DNA from: Octopus bimaculoides | Lineage: Eukaryota | Assembly: GCF_001194135.2 (NCBI RefSeq) | Contig: NC_068982.1 | Location: forward strand, 109,806,851 to 109,870,850 | Reading direction: 5' to 3' | Length of the DNA stretch: 64,000 nt | Shown here: one piece after another, positions 13,275-26,583 of the stretch | How positions within the stretch are numbered: the stretch's first letter is position 1 | Layout of the letters: each line of letters opens with the position of its first letter | Translations under genes and position numbers: made by a program | Notes under the pieces: generated by a model | Told to the model about the DNA's origin: nothing | Seen by the model: the letters and a program-made list of their open reading frames with translations, nothing else | The model's database searches: none

Positions 13275-13373
13275 TGTTACGGATGTGGAGCCCTACATTT
13301 CAGGAAGAATTGTCCTTTCAAAACGCAAAAATGTTACAGTTGCCTAAAAGTAGGACACTAGAGCTCACATTGC
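13275..13373 (+). pseudogene. Gag zinc knuckles CYGCGALHFRKNC and CYSCLKVGH*SSHC
   Basis: Direct translation shows two CCHC motifs and one in-frame stop. Confidence 0.85.
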
Positions 13374-13388
13374 AGAGCAAAGTTAGGA

Positions 13389-16300
13389 ATGTTCTCAACG
13401 GAAAGCAGAAACAACACCAAAAGGAGGACATTTGTACATGTAAAAGTAAACGAATTGAATATTAAATTGCAACTAGATACTGGTAGCGACATCACGGTTA
13501 TTAATAGCGACATGTGGAAAAAAATTGAGAAAGCTACGTTAGGAAAGACATCAAAAATTGCACGAGGCGCTACAGGTAAACTACACTTCGTAGGCGAAAT
13601 GTGGAATGATACCACATTTCGGGGNNNNNNNNNNNNNNNNNNNNNNNNNNNNNNNNNNNNNNNNNNNNNNNNNNNNNNNNNNNNNNNNNNNNNNNNNNNN
13701 NNNNNNNNNNNNNNNNNNNNNNNNNNNNNNNNNNNNNNNNNNNNNNNNNNNNNNNNNNNNNNNNNNNNNNNNNNNNNNNNNNNNNNNNNNNNNNNNNNNN
13801 NNNNNNNNNNNNNNNNNNNNNNNNNNNNNNNNNNNNNNNNNNNNNNNNNNNNNNNNNNNNNNNNNNNNNNNNNNNNNNNNNNNNNNNNNNNNNNNNNNNN
13901 NNNNNNNNNNNNNNNNNNNNNNNNNNNNNNNNNNNNNNNNNNNNNNNNNNNNNNNNNNNNNNNNNNNNNNNNNNNNNNNNNNNNNNNNNNNNNNNNNNNN
14001 NNNNNAAAAAAAAAAAAAAAAAAGGTCTCTGTTCTAAGACTGAGGCTTGCTTTCAAATAAAGGAAAACATCGTGCATGTATTCAAACCTAATAGAAAGGT
14101 ACTATTTGCTGCGATAAAGCAGGTAGAGGAACAATTAAACAGACTGGAGAAAATGGAAATTATTCAAAAAGTAGATTATTCTAAGTGGGCAGCGCCAACT
14201 GTGTGTATTAAAAAAAAATAACAAAATCAGGTTGTGTGCAGATTTTTCTACTGGTTTGAATGACTGTCTAAAAACGTGCCACTATCCACTGCCTACCCCG
14301 GAGGATATATTTGCAAAATATTTTCGAAACTCGATCTGTCTGATGCGTATCTGAAAATTAATGTAGACGAGGAACGCTCGAAGTTTCTAACAGTAAATAC
14401 ACAGAGGACTATACAAATATAACAGATTGGCACTTGGTCTGAAGGTGGCATCTGCAATATTTCAATAGGTTATGGATGCGACGTTGGCGGACTGTCAATT
14501 TGCAATTCTGTACCTCGATGATGTATTAATTAAAAGTGAATCTCATTGTCAGCATATCGAACATGCCAAGTGTGTCTTTCAAAAAAAAAAAAAAAAAAAA
14601 AGAAATTACGGTTTCACACTCAGTGAGGAGAAATGTGAATTCTTTNNNNNNNNNNGTGAATTCTTTTTGCCTGAAATTAAATATTTAGGACAAATTATAG
14701 ATAAAATGGAAGACGATCTGACACATCGAGGGTAGACGCAATTAAAAATATACCTCCTCCAACTAACATAGCGACATTACAAGCCTTTCTTGGACTAGCG
14801 AACTGTTATCAAAATTACATGCCAAACATATATGAATTGAGAGCTCCACTTAATAATTTGCTGAAGAAAGACGCCAACTGGAATTGGTCAAATAACTGTC
14901 AAAAGGCGTTTCAGGATATTAAAAAAATATTAATTTCGGATTTGTTGTTGGCTCATTTCGATCCTGCAGTCTGTGGAGGCTGTTTTGAATACGGCGTAGA
15001 AGCAGTTTTGCTACACAAATTTAAAGACGGTAACATGAAGGCGGTAGTTCATGCCTCATGTACTCTGATTGCAGCAGAAAAAACTACAGTCTGACAGAGA
15101 AGAAGCTATAGCGATTATTTTTGCCGTGAAGAAATTTCACAGATTTCTCCACGGTAGACGTTTTCGGCTTCAGACGGACCACCGACCGTTAATATCAATT
15201 TTCGGATCAAAGCTAGGAATTCCTACCCATTCAGCTAACAGATTACAACGCTGGTGTACAATATTGTTAAATTGCAAATTTAAGATGGAGGGCATTCCTT
15301 CTAAGAAAATTGGCCATGCAGATTGTTTATCTAGGCTAATTCCGAAGAATGCGGAACCGCTGGAATATACGGTGATAGCCGCATTACAATCAGAAAAGGA
15401 AATTAAAAACGTTATTTATAATGTCATTCAGAAGTTGCCAGTGACTGTACAAGATATTTAAAAGTAAATCAGCGGAGGACAAATACATCATAAAATTGAA
15501 GGAAACTGAAAAATAAACAAAAGAGAGACACGAATGCAAATCATTTTTCACTCGGCGACGATGAATTAATGTACGCACTAAGAGTGGTAGTGCCAACTGC
15601 ACTATAGAAACGGATATTATATGAATTTCATAGTTGACACCCGAGGATATCAAGAATGAAAGCTTTGATGAGGAGTTACGTGTATTGGCCGACAATGGAC
15701 CGGGACATTGAAAATTTGATAAAATCATGTAGAGGTTGTGCGCTAGCAGCCAAGGCACCACTGGTGAAATACCAATCGTGACCTGACACGGATAATCCGT
15801 GGTCCAGGGTACATATAGACAACACTTGACTAATGAAAGGCGCGTACTACTTGATCATTGGTGATAGCTTTACCAAGGGTCCGGAAGTATGTAGGTGCAG
15901 TCAACCTATTTCGAAGGTAACAACAAAGTTCTTGCACGAATTTTTTGCTCGATACGGTGTTCCGGACACCATAGTATCGGACATTGGAACACAATCTACA
16001 AGATATGAGTTCAAGAAATTCCGCAAAATGCATGCAATCAAGCACATATTTACCCCGCCCAATCACCCGAAGTCAAATGGGCAAACAGAACGATTCGTAG
16101 AGACTTTCAAGTGAGCGCTAAAAAGAAAGCAAGGAACGCGTTAAGAAATGACGAAGCACTAACTAAATTTTTCAGGGTATAGAGAATAACGCCCAATCCG
16201 AATACCAGTTCAGGCAAGTCGCCTGCATAGCTCGAAAGATTAAATCTATCTTCGACAGAATTGTTGCCAAAGGTAAAAAAAAAATAAACATATAATAAAG

Positions 16301-16500
16301 AAAATACAAAAAAATTCAACTAAACATTTTGATGTCGGAGATAACGTGCATTTCAAAGTGTACAGAAACGGTAAAGAGAGTTGACAGGATAGTGCAGTGA
16401 CTAAAAGAATTGGAAACATGATGTATTTAATAAAGGCCAAAGATAGGAGCATAAACAACACATGGATCAATTAAAAACCAGACATTCAGAAGAAAGGAAT
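13389..16500 (+). pseudogene. Gypsy pol pseudogene (PR-RT-RNaseH-IN)
   Basis: LDTGSDIT (protease); KWAAPTV, CADFSTGLN and YLDD (RT); FRLQTDHRPL and HADCLSRL (RNase H); YVYWPTMDRDIE..CRGC and SNGQTERFVETFK (integrase). Confidence 0.92.
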
Positions 16501-16667
16501 TTCCAATGGAAGTGTTTTATGACAGGTTCGATGTGCCCGTACCGAAAAAGATTGAGCCTAGAAGGAGCGGTAACAGGAAACATACACACAGAACATTTAG
16601 AAATAATTCCTTAGTGGAAGAGTTACTGAACTTTTAAAAAAGTTATTGAAATTTTAAAAAGGAGAGG

Positions 16668-17026
16668 TGTTGGAAAGAAAGAAAGAAAGAAATAATAATA
16701 AAATACATTTCGTTTCCTACGGAAGTCGAAATCTCAGAAGGAAAGATGTTGTGGTGAGAGTCAGGACATCCCCTGCGAGAATAGACTTGACCGAACGACT
16801 ATAAATAGTTGTGGTGTGAGTGAGAGACGTTGTGTAGGCGTTAATTGCAGTGAAGTCGTAAGGCGTCGTTTGTGTAGTTTGTCGGAATATTGTTTGTTGG
16901 TTTGTGGAAAGTTCGTGGAGAGTTTGTTGGACTGTTACGTCATTGTTACCCTGCTTCGTTATGTTTTATTGTTACTACACAGTTATAGTGTAAAAAAGTA
17001 TCGTCATAAATATTGGCGATACAACA
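16668..17026 (+). mobile_element. 3' LTR (359 bp) preceded by a polypurine tract
   Basis: PPT AAAAAGGAGAGG at 16656-16667, termini TGTTG...CAACA, TATAAATA at 16800-16807. Confidence 0.85.
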
Positions 17027-17430
17027 ATATGTATATATATATATATATATAAACGTAAGTGTGCACATAAATGCAAAACAAGGAGGAAAAATAGTACTCG
17101 AATACCAAAGGTAGAGGAATATATTGCTTATCATGGGCGAAAAAATCTTCACAAACTGTCTCTCAAAGTTTCACGTGACCGTTTGTCAGACAGTTGCGAT
17201 GATACTGAATAATATTATATAATACGATGTAGTCATTAAAGATCGACAAATATGCAATCGAATTTGACTGGGTGACTGATTTTAAAAAAATAACAATAAT
17301 AGCGTTGTGGATTGGTTACCAGAGTGGATAAACCTTAACGGTGGAACAAACAATAGTTAATGATTAAATTGAATAATAAAAAAATTTGTGCAAAAGCAAA
17401 TAAAAATGAGCAGAATATATATCCAGAAAT

Positions 17431-17806
17431 TGTTTGTTGGCACTCCGTCGCTTACGACGTCAAGGGTTCCAGTTGATCCGATCAACGGAACAGCCTGATC
17501 GTGAAATTAACGTGCAAGTGGCTGAGCACTCCACAGACACGTGTACCCTTAATGTAGTTCTCGGGGATATTCAGCGTGACAAGGCTGACCCTTTAAATTA
17601 CAGGCACAACAGAAACAGGAAGTAAGAGTGAGAGAATGTTGTGGTGAAAGAGTACAGCAGGGTTCGCCACCATCCCCTGCCGGAGCCTCGTGGAACTTTA
17701 GGTGTTTTCGCTCAATAAACACTCACAACGCCCGGTCTGGGAATCGAAACCGCGATTCTATGACCACAAGTCCGCTGCCCTAACAACTGGGCCATTGCGC
17801 CTCCAC
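17431..17806 (-). mobile_element. tRNA-derived SINE (family 4) with a 12-bp target-site duplication
   Basis: Minus-strand head GTGGAGGCGCAATGGCCCAGTTGTTAGG...GGTTTCGATTCCC. ATATCCAGAAAT is present at both 17419-17430 and 17807-17818. Confidence 0.9.
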
Positions 17807-18310
17807 ATATCCAGAAATAGGAATTGCAAATAATGAAAATGAATAATAGGAGTGCAAAATTAGGTATCTAAAAGTTGGAACGATAATAAAAGGTTAAAAT
17901 AAAGTTATAGATGAAAACTTAAATAGGGAAGCAAGTGTAGAATATATAACGCCACAAGTAAAAGAAAAAGAGAGAAGAAATGATAGCAATAATACAGAGA
18001 GAAGTAAAAAGCTTAAGCCAGAAAAAGGGAAAACAGTGAGAAGAAAAAATAAAGCAAAAAAGAGGACGAGAAAACTGGGAGAAGAAAAGAATGAAAAGAA
18101 AATATACACGATACATAGTGGAGTGGAGAGAAGGAGACTAGATAATGTTATAAGACATAAAACCTGGCTGTAACTAATGTTATCTATCGAAGATTATTGA
18201 AAGGGTGGTGGTGGGGTGTTTCTGAAAGCTGATGGCAAGTTGATTGGCACAGAGAGGCGAAAGATAGAAAAATTAAGATTAAAAATAATAGAGAAAGCTT
18301 AGAAGAACAA

Positions 18311-18420
18311 TGCTATAGCCTCGGATTGACCAAAGCCTTGTGAGTGAATTTGGTAGACGGAAACTGAAAAGAAGCCCGTCATATATATGTATGTGTGTGC
18401 GTGTGTGCATGTGTGTGTGT

Positions 18421-18452
<32 letters not shown>

Positions 18453-18625
18453 AGATACAACTGCTTGACAAACGATGCTGGTGTGTTTACGTCCCGTATC
18501 TTAGCGGTTCAGCAAAAAAGAACCGAAAAAAAACAGCAGTACTGAGGTTGATACATTCGATTACAAATTTTTCAAAGCGGTGCCTCAGCATGGCCACAGT
18601 CTAGTTACTGAAACAAGTAAAAGAT
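18311..18625 (+). mobile_element. SINE family 2, 5'-truncated
   Basis: tatagcctcggattgaccaaagccttgtgagtgaatttggtagacggaaactgaa...actgaaacaagtaaaag. Confidence 0.85.
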
Positions 18626-18984
18626 GAAACATAATGTGTGTGTGTGTGCATAAAAGTACATCTACATCTGAACGTATATATATGTACATATTAATACACA
18701 TAAAATACATATACATATGTGCAAGCATACATATACGCACACGCATGCCTAAAGGTTGCCGTTGAAGGGTTTATAGGTTTATACTAATGTTATAAAAAAT
18801 ATAATTTTCTAAAAATCTAAAGTCCTTGCTATAGTGTGCAAAAGAAAGGAAATATGAAGCAAAAAAATTTAATAATATAAAATGTAAAAAATGAATAGAA
18901 CTTGCAAGATCAATGCACAGTTACGTTAAAGCAACGCATGCATTGGTGTCTAATTTCGCGATACACCGCGTACAAATCGCTACA

Positions 18985-19720
18985 CATGGGTTTATTCTAT
19001 ACTGAGGAACTTGCCTGCAAACACCCTGCATCGCATATCAACGGCATCACGACTCGCTTGCACTCATTTTTTCGGCATCCATCCACCAGCTTATATCATG
19101 CCATCTTCTTTTCTATTTCGTCCTCAAATGAGATTTCTTATAACATCACTTGTTTGGACGTTTCTCTTCGCACCGCGACCGCGTCTCGTCTCGTCTCATC
19201 ATGTTAAAGCGACAGTTTTCGGGAATTTCAACTGTTTCACTGCGGCAACTTTCAGCTTCCAGCGTTTTGTTGTCTCTAACACACCGGAGAAGTACCCGAT
19301 ATTAACTTCTCCCCAGTCCTGGCAAAGGCTATGATCTTCACCCAGGAATTTTGGACAGTTGCTAATAATTCAAGCAGTCTCTTCTCAAACATAGGGGGAA
19401 AGCTAGTTGTTTCACTTTTATCCAGCAAAACAAATTGAGTGGACTTTGTAGAACGTCTTAGACAATGTGAGTTAAGAATTTTATTCGATGCTGCTGCTCG
19501 GATTTCGATGGTTCAGGCCATGAAACTTTGCGCTACAGCATTTCCTTCTGTCACTTCCAAGTCCTCCACTGTCGCATTCGAAACATTCCATTAGAAAGGT
19601 GGCTCGCTTTCTAACCCCTATTTTTCTTTGCCTCCTATGTAATTGAACATGTCGCAATGTCGCAATGAACTTCCATATTTCACTCCTCCTCACGTGCTTC
19701 ATTGAACTGTCACACGCTCT
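18985..19720 (-). mobile_element. Degenerate HERO-like RLE non-LTR retrotransposon, C-terminal region
   Basis: Frameshifted minus-strand translation gives HRIKFL, IAFARTGEK, WKLKV..KQLKFP, SKQVML*EISFEDEIE and YKLVDGCRKN...MRCRVFAGK, matching the HERO-type RLE layout as I know it. Confidence 0.65.
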
Positions 19721-20040
19721 TGAGTTGCTCCCTAAGCTAGTGGAGGAAAATGGTGGTAGTTGTATTAAAAAAATTGTTCAGCTGCAACGTAGGCTGTTGC
19801 TTGAAAAATAGGACGAACGACTTCGCTATACAAGGCTCACACCATTTCCTTGTTAGCTTGGATTAACATTACCGATTGTCCGAAGTGGATCTGCTATTTC
19901 GAAAATTAAACGATGCAAGAATTGCAGAATACTTCCTTCGAACATGATTGGATCCCGCATGCATTTCATCTTGGTGGATACATACATACATACATATATT
20001 TACATACCTATATATATGCATACAAATATGTTTACGTGTG

Positions 20041-20080
<40 letters not shown>

Positions 20081-20088
<8 letters not shown>

Positions 20089-20394
20089 TTCTTTTACTTG
20101 TTTCAGTCATTCTTTGTAAGCTGAGTACTTATTCTATCGGTCTCTTTTGTTGAACCACTCAGTTAGGGGACGTAAACACACCAACATCGGTTGTCAAGCG
20201 ATGGTGCGGGGACAAACACGGACACATACACATATATACGATGGGTTGTTTTCAGTCTCCGTCCACCAAATCCACTCACAAGGCTTTGGTCGTCCCCAGC
20301 AGTAAACACTTGCCCAAGGTGCCACGCAGTGGGACTGAACCGGGAGCAATGTGGTTGGGAAGCAAGCTTCTTACCACACAGCCATCCTGCTCCT
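20081..20394 (-). mobile_element. SINE family 2
   Basis: Reverse complement of the family 2 head (cttgcccaaggtgccacgcagtgggactgaacc...cttaccacacagcc) and tail (cttttacttgtttcagtcat). Confidence 0.85.
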
Positions 20395-20400
20395 ACAAAA

Positions 20401-20619
20401 ATAATAATTCTTTCTATTAAAGGCACAAGGGCTGAAATTTGATGGGAGGGGAGTGGTCGATTACAACGACTCCGGAGTTTCACTGGTATTTAACCTATCG
20501 TTCCCGAAAAGATGAAAGGTGAAGTTGACCTCGGCGAAATTTGAACTTAGAAAGTAGCGACGAGCGAAATACCGCTAAGCATTTCATCTAGCGTGCTAAA
20601 CGATTCTGCCAACTCGCCT
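20401..20619 (-). mobile_element. tRNA-derived SINE (family 3, (ATT)n tail)
   Basis: aaggcacaagg...gttgacctcggcgaaatttgaact...ataccgctaagcattt...tctgccaactcgcct. Homologous to the copies at 43205, 44580 and 53353. Confidence 0.8.
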
Positions 20620-20825
20620 TTCATTTATTTATATAAATATATATATATACATGTATATACCTACATATATATATATACCGTTTTCTGTCTTCGTCTTTAT
20701 GTTTTCGTTTCTCATTGTGTTTAACGTTCTTTGTGATCTCCTGTACCCATATATGCATGTATGTATATATACAGATGTAGGTATGTACATGTATGTATGC
20801 ATATATTTATATATCATTCATATTT

Positions 20826-20863
<38 letters not shown>

Positions 20864-22049
20864 CATATACATACATATATATATATANNNNNNNNNNNNN
20901 NNNNNNNNNNNNNNNNNNNNNNNNNNNNNNNNNNNNNNNNNNNNNNNNNNNNNNNNNNNNNNNNNNNNNNNNNNNNNNNNNNNNNNNNNNNNNNNNNNNN
21001 NNNNNNNNNNNNNNNNNNNNNNNNNNNNNNNNNNNNNNNNNNNNNNNNNNNNNNNNNNNNNNNNNNNNNNNNNNNNNNNNNNNNNNNNNNNNNNNNNNNN
21101 NNNNNNNNNNNNNNNNNNNNNNNNNNNNNNNNNNNNNNNNNNNNNNNNNNNNNNNNNNNNNNNNNNNNNNNNNNNNNNNNNNNNNNNNNNNNNNNNNNNN
21201 NNGGGGGTACGTTTGTGTGTATGTGTGTGTAGACAGACAGACAGACAGACAGGCAGGCAGGCAGGCAGGCAGACAGATGCATGCATACATACATACATAC
21301 ATACATGCATAAATATTCATACACACATATGTATGTGTGTAAGTATGTATGTACGTATGTATGTATGTATGTATGTATGTATGCATGCATGCATGACTGT
21401 ATGGACGTACGCACACACAAACACTCGAATGTATATAGCGAGAAGGGAGTTTAAAACCTATATATAAATAGAGACAACTATATTACCTATATACACGGAG
21501 TAAGTGTCGCTAAAAAAATCGAATTCTCAACCTTTTTAACCTTACAAGCATGACTGAAATTATCCCGTACAGATTTTATTTTTTCTTTGTCTCTCAAAGG
21601 GAGATTTAATTTTATGTATTTCATCAGAACGATGCTATTGTGGCGTGGATTGAACACAGATCAAAGAAAATTAACTGCATACGAGTTTATCGCATTTCCA
21701 TGTGAAATCGAGAATATGTGGGTTTTCCTGGTGTAAGGGAGATAACTCACGAAGACTATTTTGATTAGTGTTAAATTTCACGTCAAGTACAATGGCTAAC
21801 TAGAACAAATATATTCTATCATATTTGGCGCTGTGCTGTGCGGGCTTAAAGTAATCATTTGTAATGACCCTCTACGTGATACCTATATCTGCTAGAAAAG
21901 GCAGCACAATTTCCCTTATTGTGCAATCAAACGTTTTGAAATAAGAAAGTCATTAATGAAATCCAAGATAAGACAATGTTCAGGCTGGAGCGCTTCTGAC
22001 CATGTCTTCTCAACCAAGCTGACCTGGAACTAAACAACTCTAATAACAA

Positions 22050-22414
22050 AAACAGCACCAGCAACAACAGTCACAGCAGCAACTTGTCTGTAATGTTTTA
22101 AACAAGTAAATGGATTGTTATTTTTTTTGGAAAATGTTTTCATATATAACTCAGCAATCACAATTATTGTATCTAACTTTTGCCTGTCCAATGGATTTTT
22201 ATAAATGTATCCTAAACGTCCGTGCTTGTGTTCAGATTTATAGTTAGTCATTGTTTCATACGATTTGAATAAAATAAAGCTTTCCTTTCCTAAATCCCAA
22301 ATATTCTAGTGGCTGAAAAAAAAACTTGAGAATATGCATCATATATGATGTATGAGCGCCAGTAAAATATGTTCTGTGAATCACATATGATTAACAGGAC
22401 CGGTAAAGGGTTAA
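22050..22414. mobile_element. Possible piggyBac-like terminal fragment
   Basis: Ends in AAAGGG|TTAA at 22405-22414. No partner end found. Confidence 0.25.
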
Positions 22415-23344
22415 TATGATTATCTATTATTTGGGTAAAACCATTTATTTAACAGAATAGAAATCGGAAGTCAAAATGTATGTGACTTTGTGAAATATTG
22501 GAAAGATTCTGCGAATGTAGTTCATGGGATATTATGTTGATGTTGATTTTTCCTGTTGAATCAGTACAAAATGAAGTACTGCAGAGAAAGTATACAATTG
22601 ATCTAATTGATCACCGTGCATTACTTGCTGTTATTTCAACGGCGTCTACAAAATGAGTCCGTCATAAAGGGAAGTGAATTCCTACAAGGTCAAGATCAAA
22701 ATCTCAAAGGTGATTATTCCGGTATTCAACTCGTTATTTCTGTTGGAGTATGAAAGCGACAGTGAACCTGAAATTTTAATTTCATACATACATACATACA
22801 TACATACATACATACATACATACATACATACATACATACATACATACATACATACGTACATACAACTGCTTCGAAATCTCCAGCTTCTATATCCAGGCTA
22901 AGAATTCACATTCATACCAATAATAATTGGAGTACTAGGTTTTGTTAGTAAATGTTTAAAGGAGAACCTGGATAAACTGGGATTTTCAGAAAGAGAAATC
23001 GACCGGCTAATTTGTACAATACAAGGGCAATCTGGGGGTGTAACAGTAAAAATCTGCAAGACTTTTCTCAAGTTTCAAATGTGAATTTGTCTATGTTAAT
23101 TACATCCCCAAAATGGAGCCTTGTATCTTTGCAGGAAACCGGCTCCCTCCACAGCGGAAGATTTATAATAATTAAAAAGTAGAAGAGACGTATAAACATT
23201 CATACATACAAATGTACGTACGTATGTACGTTCGTGCATGCGTACGTATGTACGTTCGTGCATGCGTACGTACACACATACATACAGACATTCATACATA
23301 TAAGTACACACACAACACACATACATACAAATATGTATATGTGA

Positions 23345-23384
<40 letters not shown>

Positions 23385-23399
23385 ACGCGTTTGTTTGTG

Positions 23400-24719
23400 T
23401 GTCTTCTCTGTAGTATTCATCTGTCTTGTGAGGCAACCGAGTTTTGCTCTACTGACGAGTCAGGATTGACTCTTCAGGCTGATCCTGGAACAGTATGCCT
23501 TGTACCAGTTTCTGCAGGTACATTTGTCTCCGGCGGGCTTGCTGGTGGTTTCTGTTGGCTGTGCACTTTCTCTCCGCTCACTTTTCAACTTCTCTCTTAT
23601 AGCTTCTATATCTCTATTTGTTGTGACTTGTCTCGGCTTGTCTGTTTGATGCCACTGTCCCTCATATCGTGTTTGCCGATAGGCTTCCAACAGGCTCGGT
23701 CCCTGTGGCTAGCTCGTCATAGAACATATATTTGGCTATTCAGCTGATATGACTAAGACATTTCAAACATCGCTGGTTTAAATACGCTCTTGTTTGGGAC
23801 GCACTCGCCATTTTATGCCCTTGATACCTCTCAAGAAGCAGAAAGGGAAATTATCAAGGCAATGTTTCACTGTCACAAAAAAATAATGGCTGGTAGATCT
23901 TTGTCTTCGTGTTGGTGACTAGCACGATCGTCTTTCATACCCGCCTAGAGGGTTCAGCTAACATGGCTACTTCTTTACTGATGTGTACATTCAGTTCAGT
24001 ATCGAGGGATATGTTACTGGAGCTAGTTGAGTCGGGTTAGAGTGTAATTTCCGATGCAGATACTGAGAACGTTACTTATGTTGGGAGTCACAGTGTTGAT
24101 CTTCTTGAAGTTGATATTCAGGTTAAAGTCTCTATATAACAGAGCCAAGCGGATGAAGAAATACCACAGAACATCCTTGGAGTGCGATGTAAGGGTGGCG
24201 ATATCTAGTTAATAAAAACATTTTTTCTCTCATGTAGATGCTTTGGAATGAGCAATTTTCCGTCATTTCTTGTGTACAGAAATGCACCATTCTCTGATAA
24301 ACAAAAGGCAAGCAGCAACTGCTAGGAAAAAAAGTTAAAGAGCGTGAGGATGCATACACAGGAGTAAATACACAGCCCATCTTCACCCTGTTTTGTTTGG
24401 GAGCTGATGAGGAGTCGTTGTAGAGGATGATTCTTTGCGTTTCTTCATGAATGGATGTAATCAAACCCAAGTGATTATCATCTAAATTTCTGGAACAAAG
24501 TAAAGAGTATTTATTACGGAGATCAAAAACTTTTGTCAGGTCGAAGAAGAGAATGTAATCTGGTAAGAACCATATGGTTATTGCCTTTCCAACAGGACTT
24601 AGAACAAAGATATGTATGAGAGTTAATTAAGCGGGTTGTTACAACTAATGTGGTGTCAGTTGTTTTTGTATAGGATGGTGATATTTGCTTTTCTCAGATC
24701 CTAAGGCATTGGTCTCCCG

Positions 24720-24775
<56 letters not shown>

Positions 24776-25060
24776 CATTGACATAGGCATTAATGGCGGT
24801 GGTGGAGTAAAGCAGCGGTTTTTCTACTCCTGACTACCCTTGAGAGGAAATCGTCTTTATACGAGCTTTAACGTATGCGAAGGAGTTAACAGCCTTACAC
24901 AAATCTGATATGCTTGGCGGGCCCTCGAGGCTTTGCATGACAGTCAGGCTCATGGTACTTTCAAATGCATTGTGCACGAGTTGAGCTTCTGGTGGTGCTC
25001 GAGTCATTTTATCATCTCGGACATCGGGCAAATGACATGATTAGTGTTATGCTTTAATGA
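23400..25060 (-). mobile_element. Degenerate RTE-clade LINE (RT and C-terminus), interrupted by (CT)n
   Basis: Minus-strand pieces LEGPPSISDLCKAVNSF, FFDLTKVFD, NRVKMGCVFTP, SSNISLDTELNVHISK and FYDELATG. Confidence 0.7.
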
Positions 25061-26542
25061 TTACTGCGATGCTTTTCTTTATATCGTCATAAATAGGATT
25101 GGATGGGAGAACTGATCGAAGGTATTACCTACCTCTGTAATTCTGAATGATAGCTAAATAATATAACTCTTACATCTTAGCAGTAAAACCTGCATTTATG
25201 CAGATAAATGTAACAATGGTACTTGGATTCAAAAGATAGAAAGTGAACAAATGTGCATATTTTTGGAACATAAATAATAATGTAATCTATATTCATTGAT
25301 ATTTGGCAAAGAACTTTCTCTGTGGGGCCGCTAACTGCGAGAAAACCAATTCCTTAATTTTCTAAAAGGCATTTAACAGAGAATACGAAGTTATAATCAA
25401 TCAGCGCACTTATTTTAGTGCAATTTTCATTAAGTTTCACAGCATTTTATACTAATTAGTTAGCAATTACTATGAAGTAGAATGTCGTTAGATGGCATCT
25501 TAATTAACTCATTTGACATTTAAAAGGTGATAGGCAATATGTTTTGCCAAGACTTTCANNNNNNNNNNATATATATATATATATATATAAAGGAAGAGAG
25601 AGAGAGAGGTGTATGTTTATACGCACACCGATGCTTGACATGTAGCTAGGGTGAGATGTATATCGCGGCTGACCCATGTATATCCAACGCAGTGCCCATA
25701 GGAATATATCGCCGACTTCCCTCAAATATTCACGCCTGTTATTAGTGGCATCATTGATTACAAAAGGACTACTTTATAGACATCGTTTAGTGAGATGCAT
25801 TTACGGGAGATATTCAGAACCGGTATGATGCAAGTGGAAGTAGTGTGAAAAATTGTCTCCAAGTATTTGTCATCACAGCAGTGAACCTACACTGATTCCA
25901 TAGTGGCACGGTAGAATCTTTGCTTAAAATAATTTGGTTACGATGACTGGCAGGTAACACTGAAATCATTAAGTGAAACCTATGCAGGTGTCTAGGAAAA
26001 TAATGCGCTTGCACTATTCCTATTTATCATCTGTCTGGAATGCATCGTTAATATAGGAATTTACAAAACTCAAATGTACCGTCAAAATAAGGAACACGGA
26101 TTTTGCAGAAACCATGTCAAAAGTTGCCAGTCTTCTACATAAACTTGAAAAAGTAGAATAAGTTATTGGTCTTTATGTCAATAATAAATCTGTATACATC
26201 TACTATGATCAAGAATGTTCGAAACCGCTTTAAAACAAAAGCCTCTTAATTCTTTTAACTTTGTACATTTAAGAAGTAATAGTGCATCCAGGAAAAGATC
26301 CAGTTCAAAATGGTGATATGTGCTTGTATACATTATCGAGGCTACTGCTAATACCAATGTGGTATGCGCCTCTTCCAGTTGTATTTGAGAAGGTTATTTT
26401 GCAAGGTCATTGAATAACGATTACTGATTTAGGCAGAAGGTGAGCAATTTTAAAGGGAGAGGATTAGTCGATGTCATTGACTCCAGTATTTGACTTATTT
26501 AATCACATTGCAAAATCACCCCCTCCCCCCTCTCTCTCTCTC

Positions 26543-26583
<41 letters not shown>

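Larger units (their letters stand above)
13160..17026 (+). mobile_element. 5'-truncated, degenerate Ty3/Gypsy LTR retrotransposon (Mag/K02A2.6-like pol)
   Basis: Domain order is gag CCHC knuckles, protease, RT, RNase H, integrase, PPT, LTR. Many stops and frameshifts, and no 5' LTR in the window. Confidence 0.95.

Noticed and set aside
14630-14670. Duplicated gtgaattcttt on both sides of a 10-N gap
   Set aside because: Overlapping contig ends, an assembly artefact.
9068-17806. tRNA-like sequences at 9340-9432, 9939-10000 and 17730-17806
   Set aside because: They are SINE heads followed by SINE bodies, with no intact cloverleaf or pol III terminator.
21751-21799. Possible 49-bp minus-strand exon (ttctag ... 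gtgagt)
   Set aside because: No recognisable protein signal and it is adjacent to a repeat.
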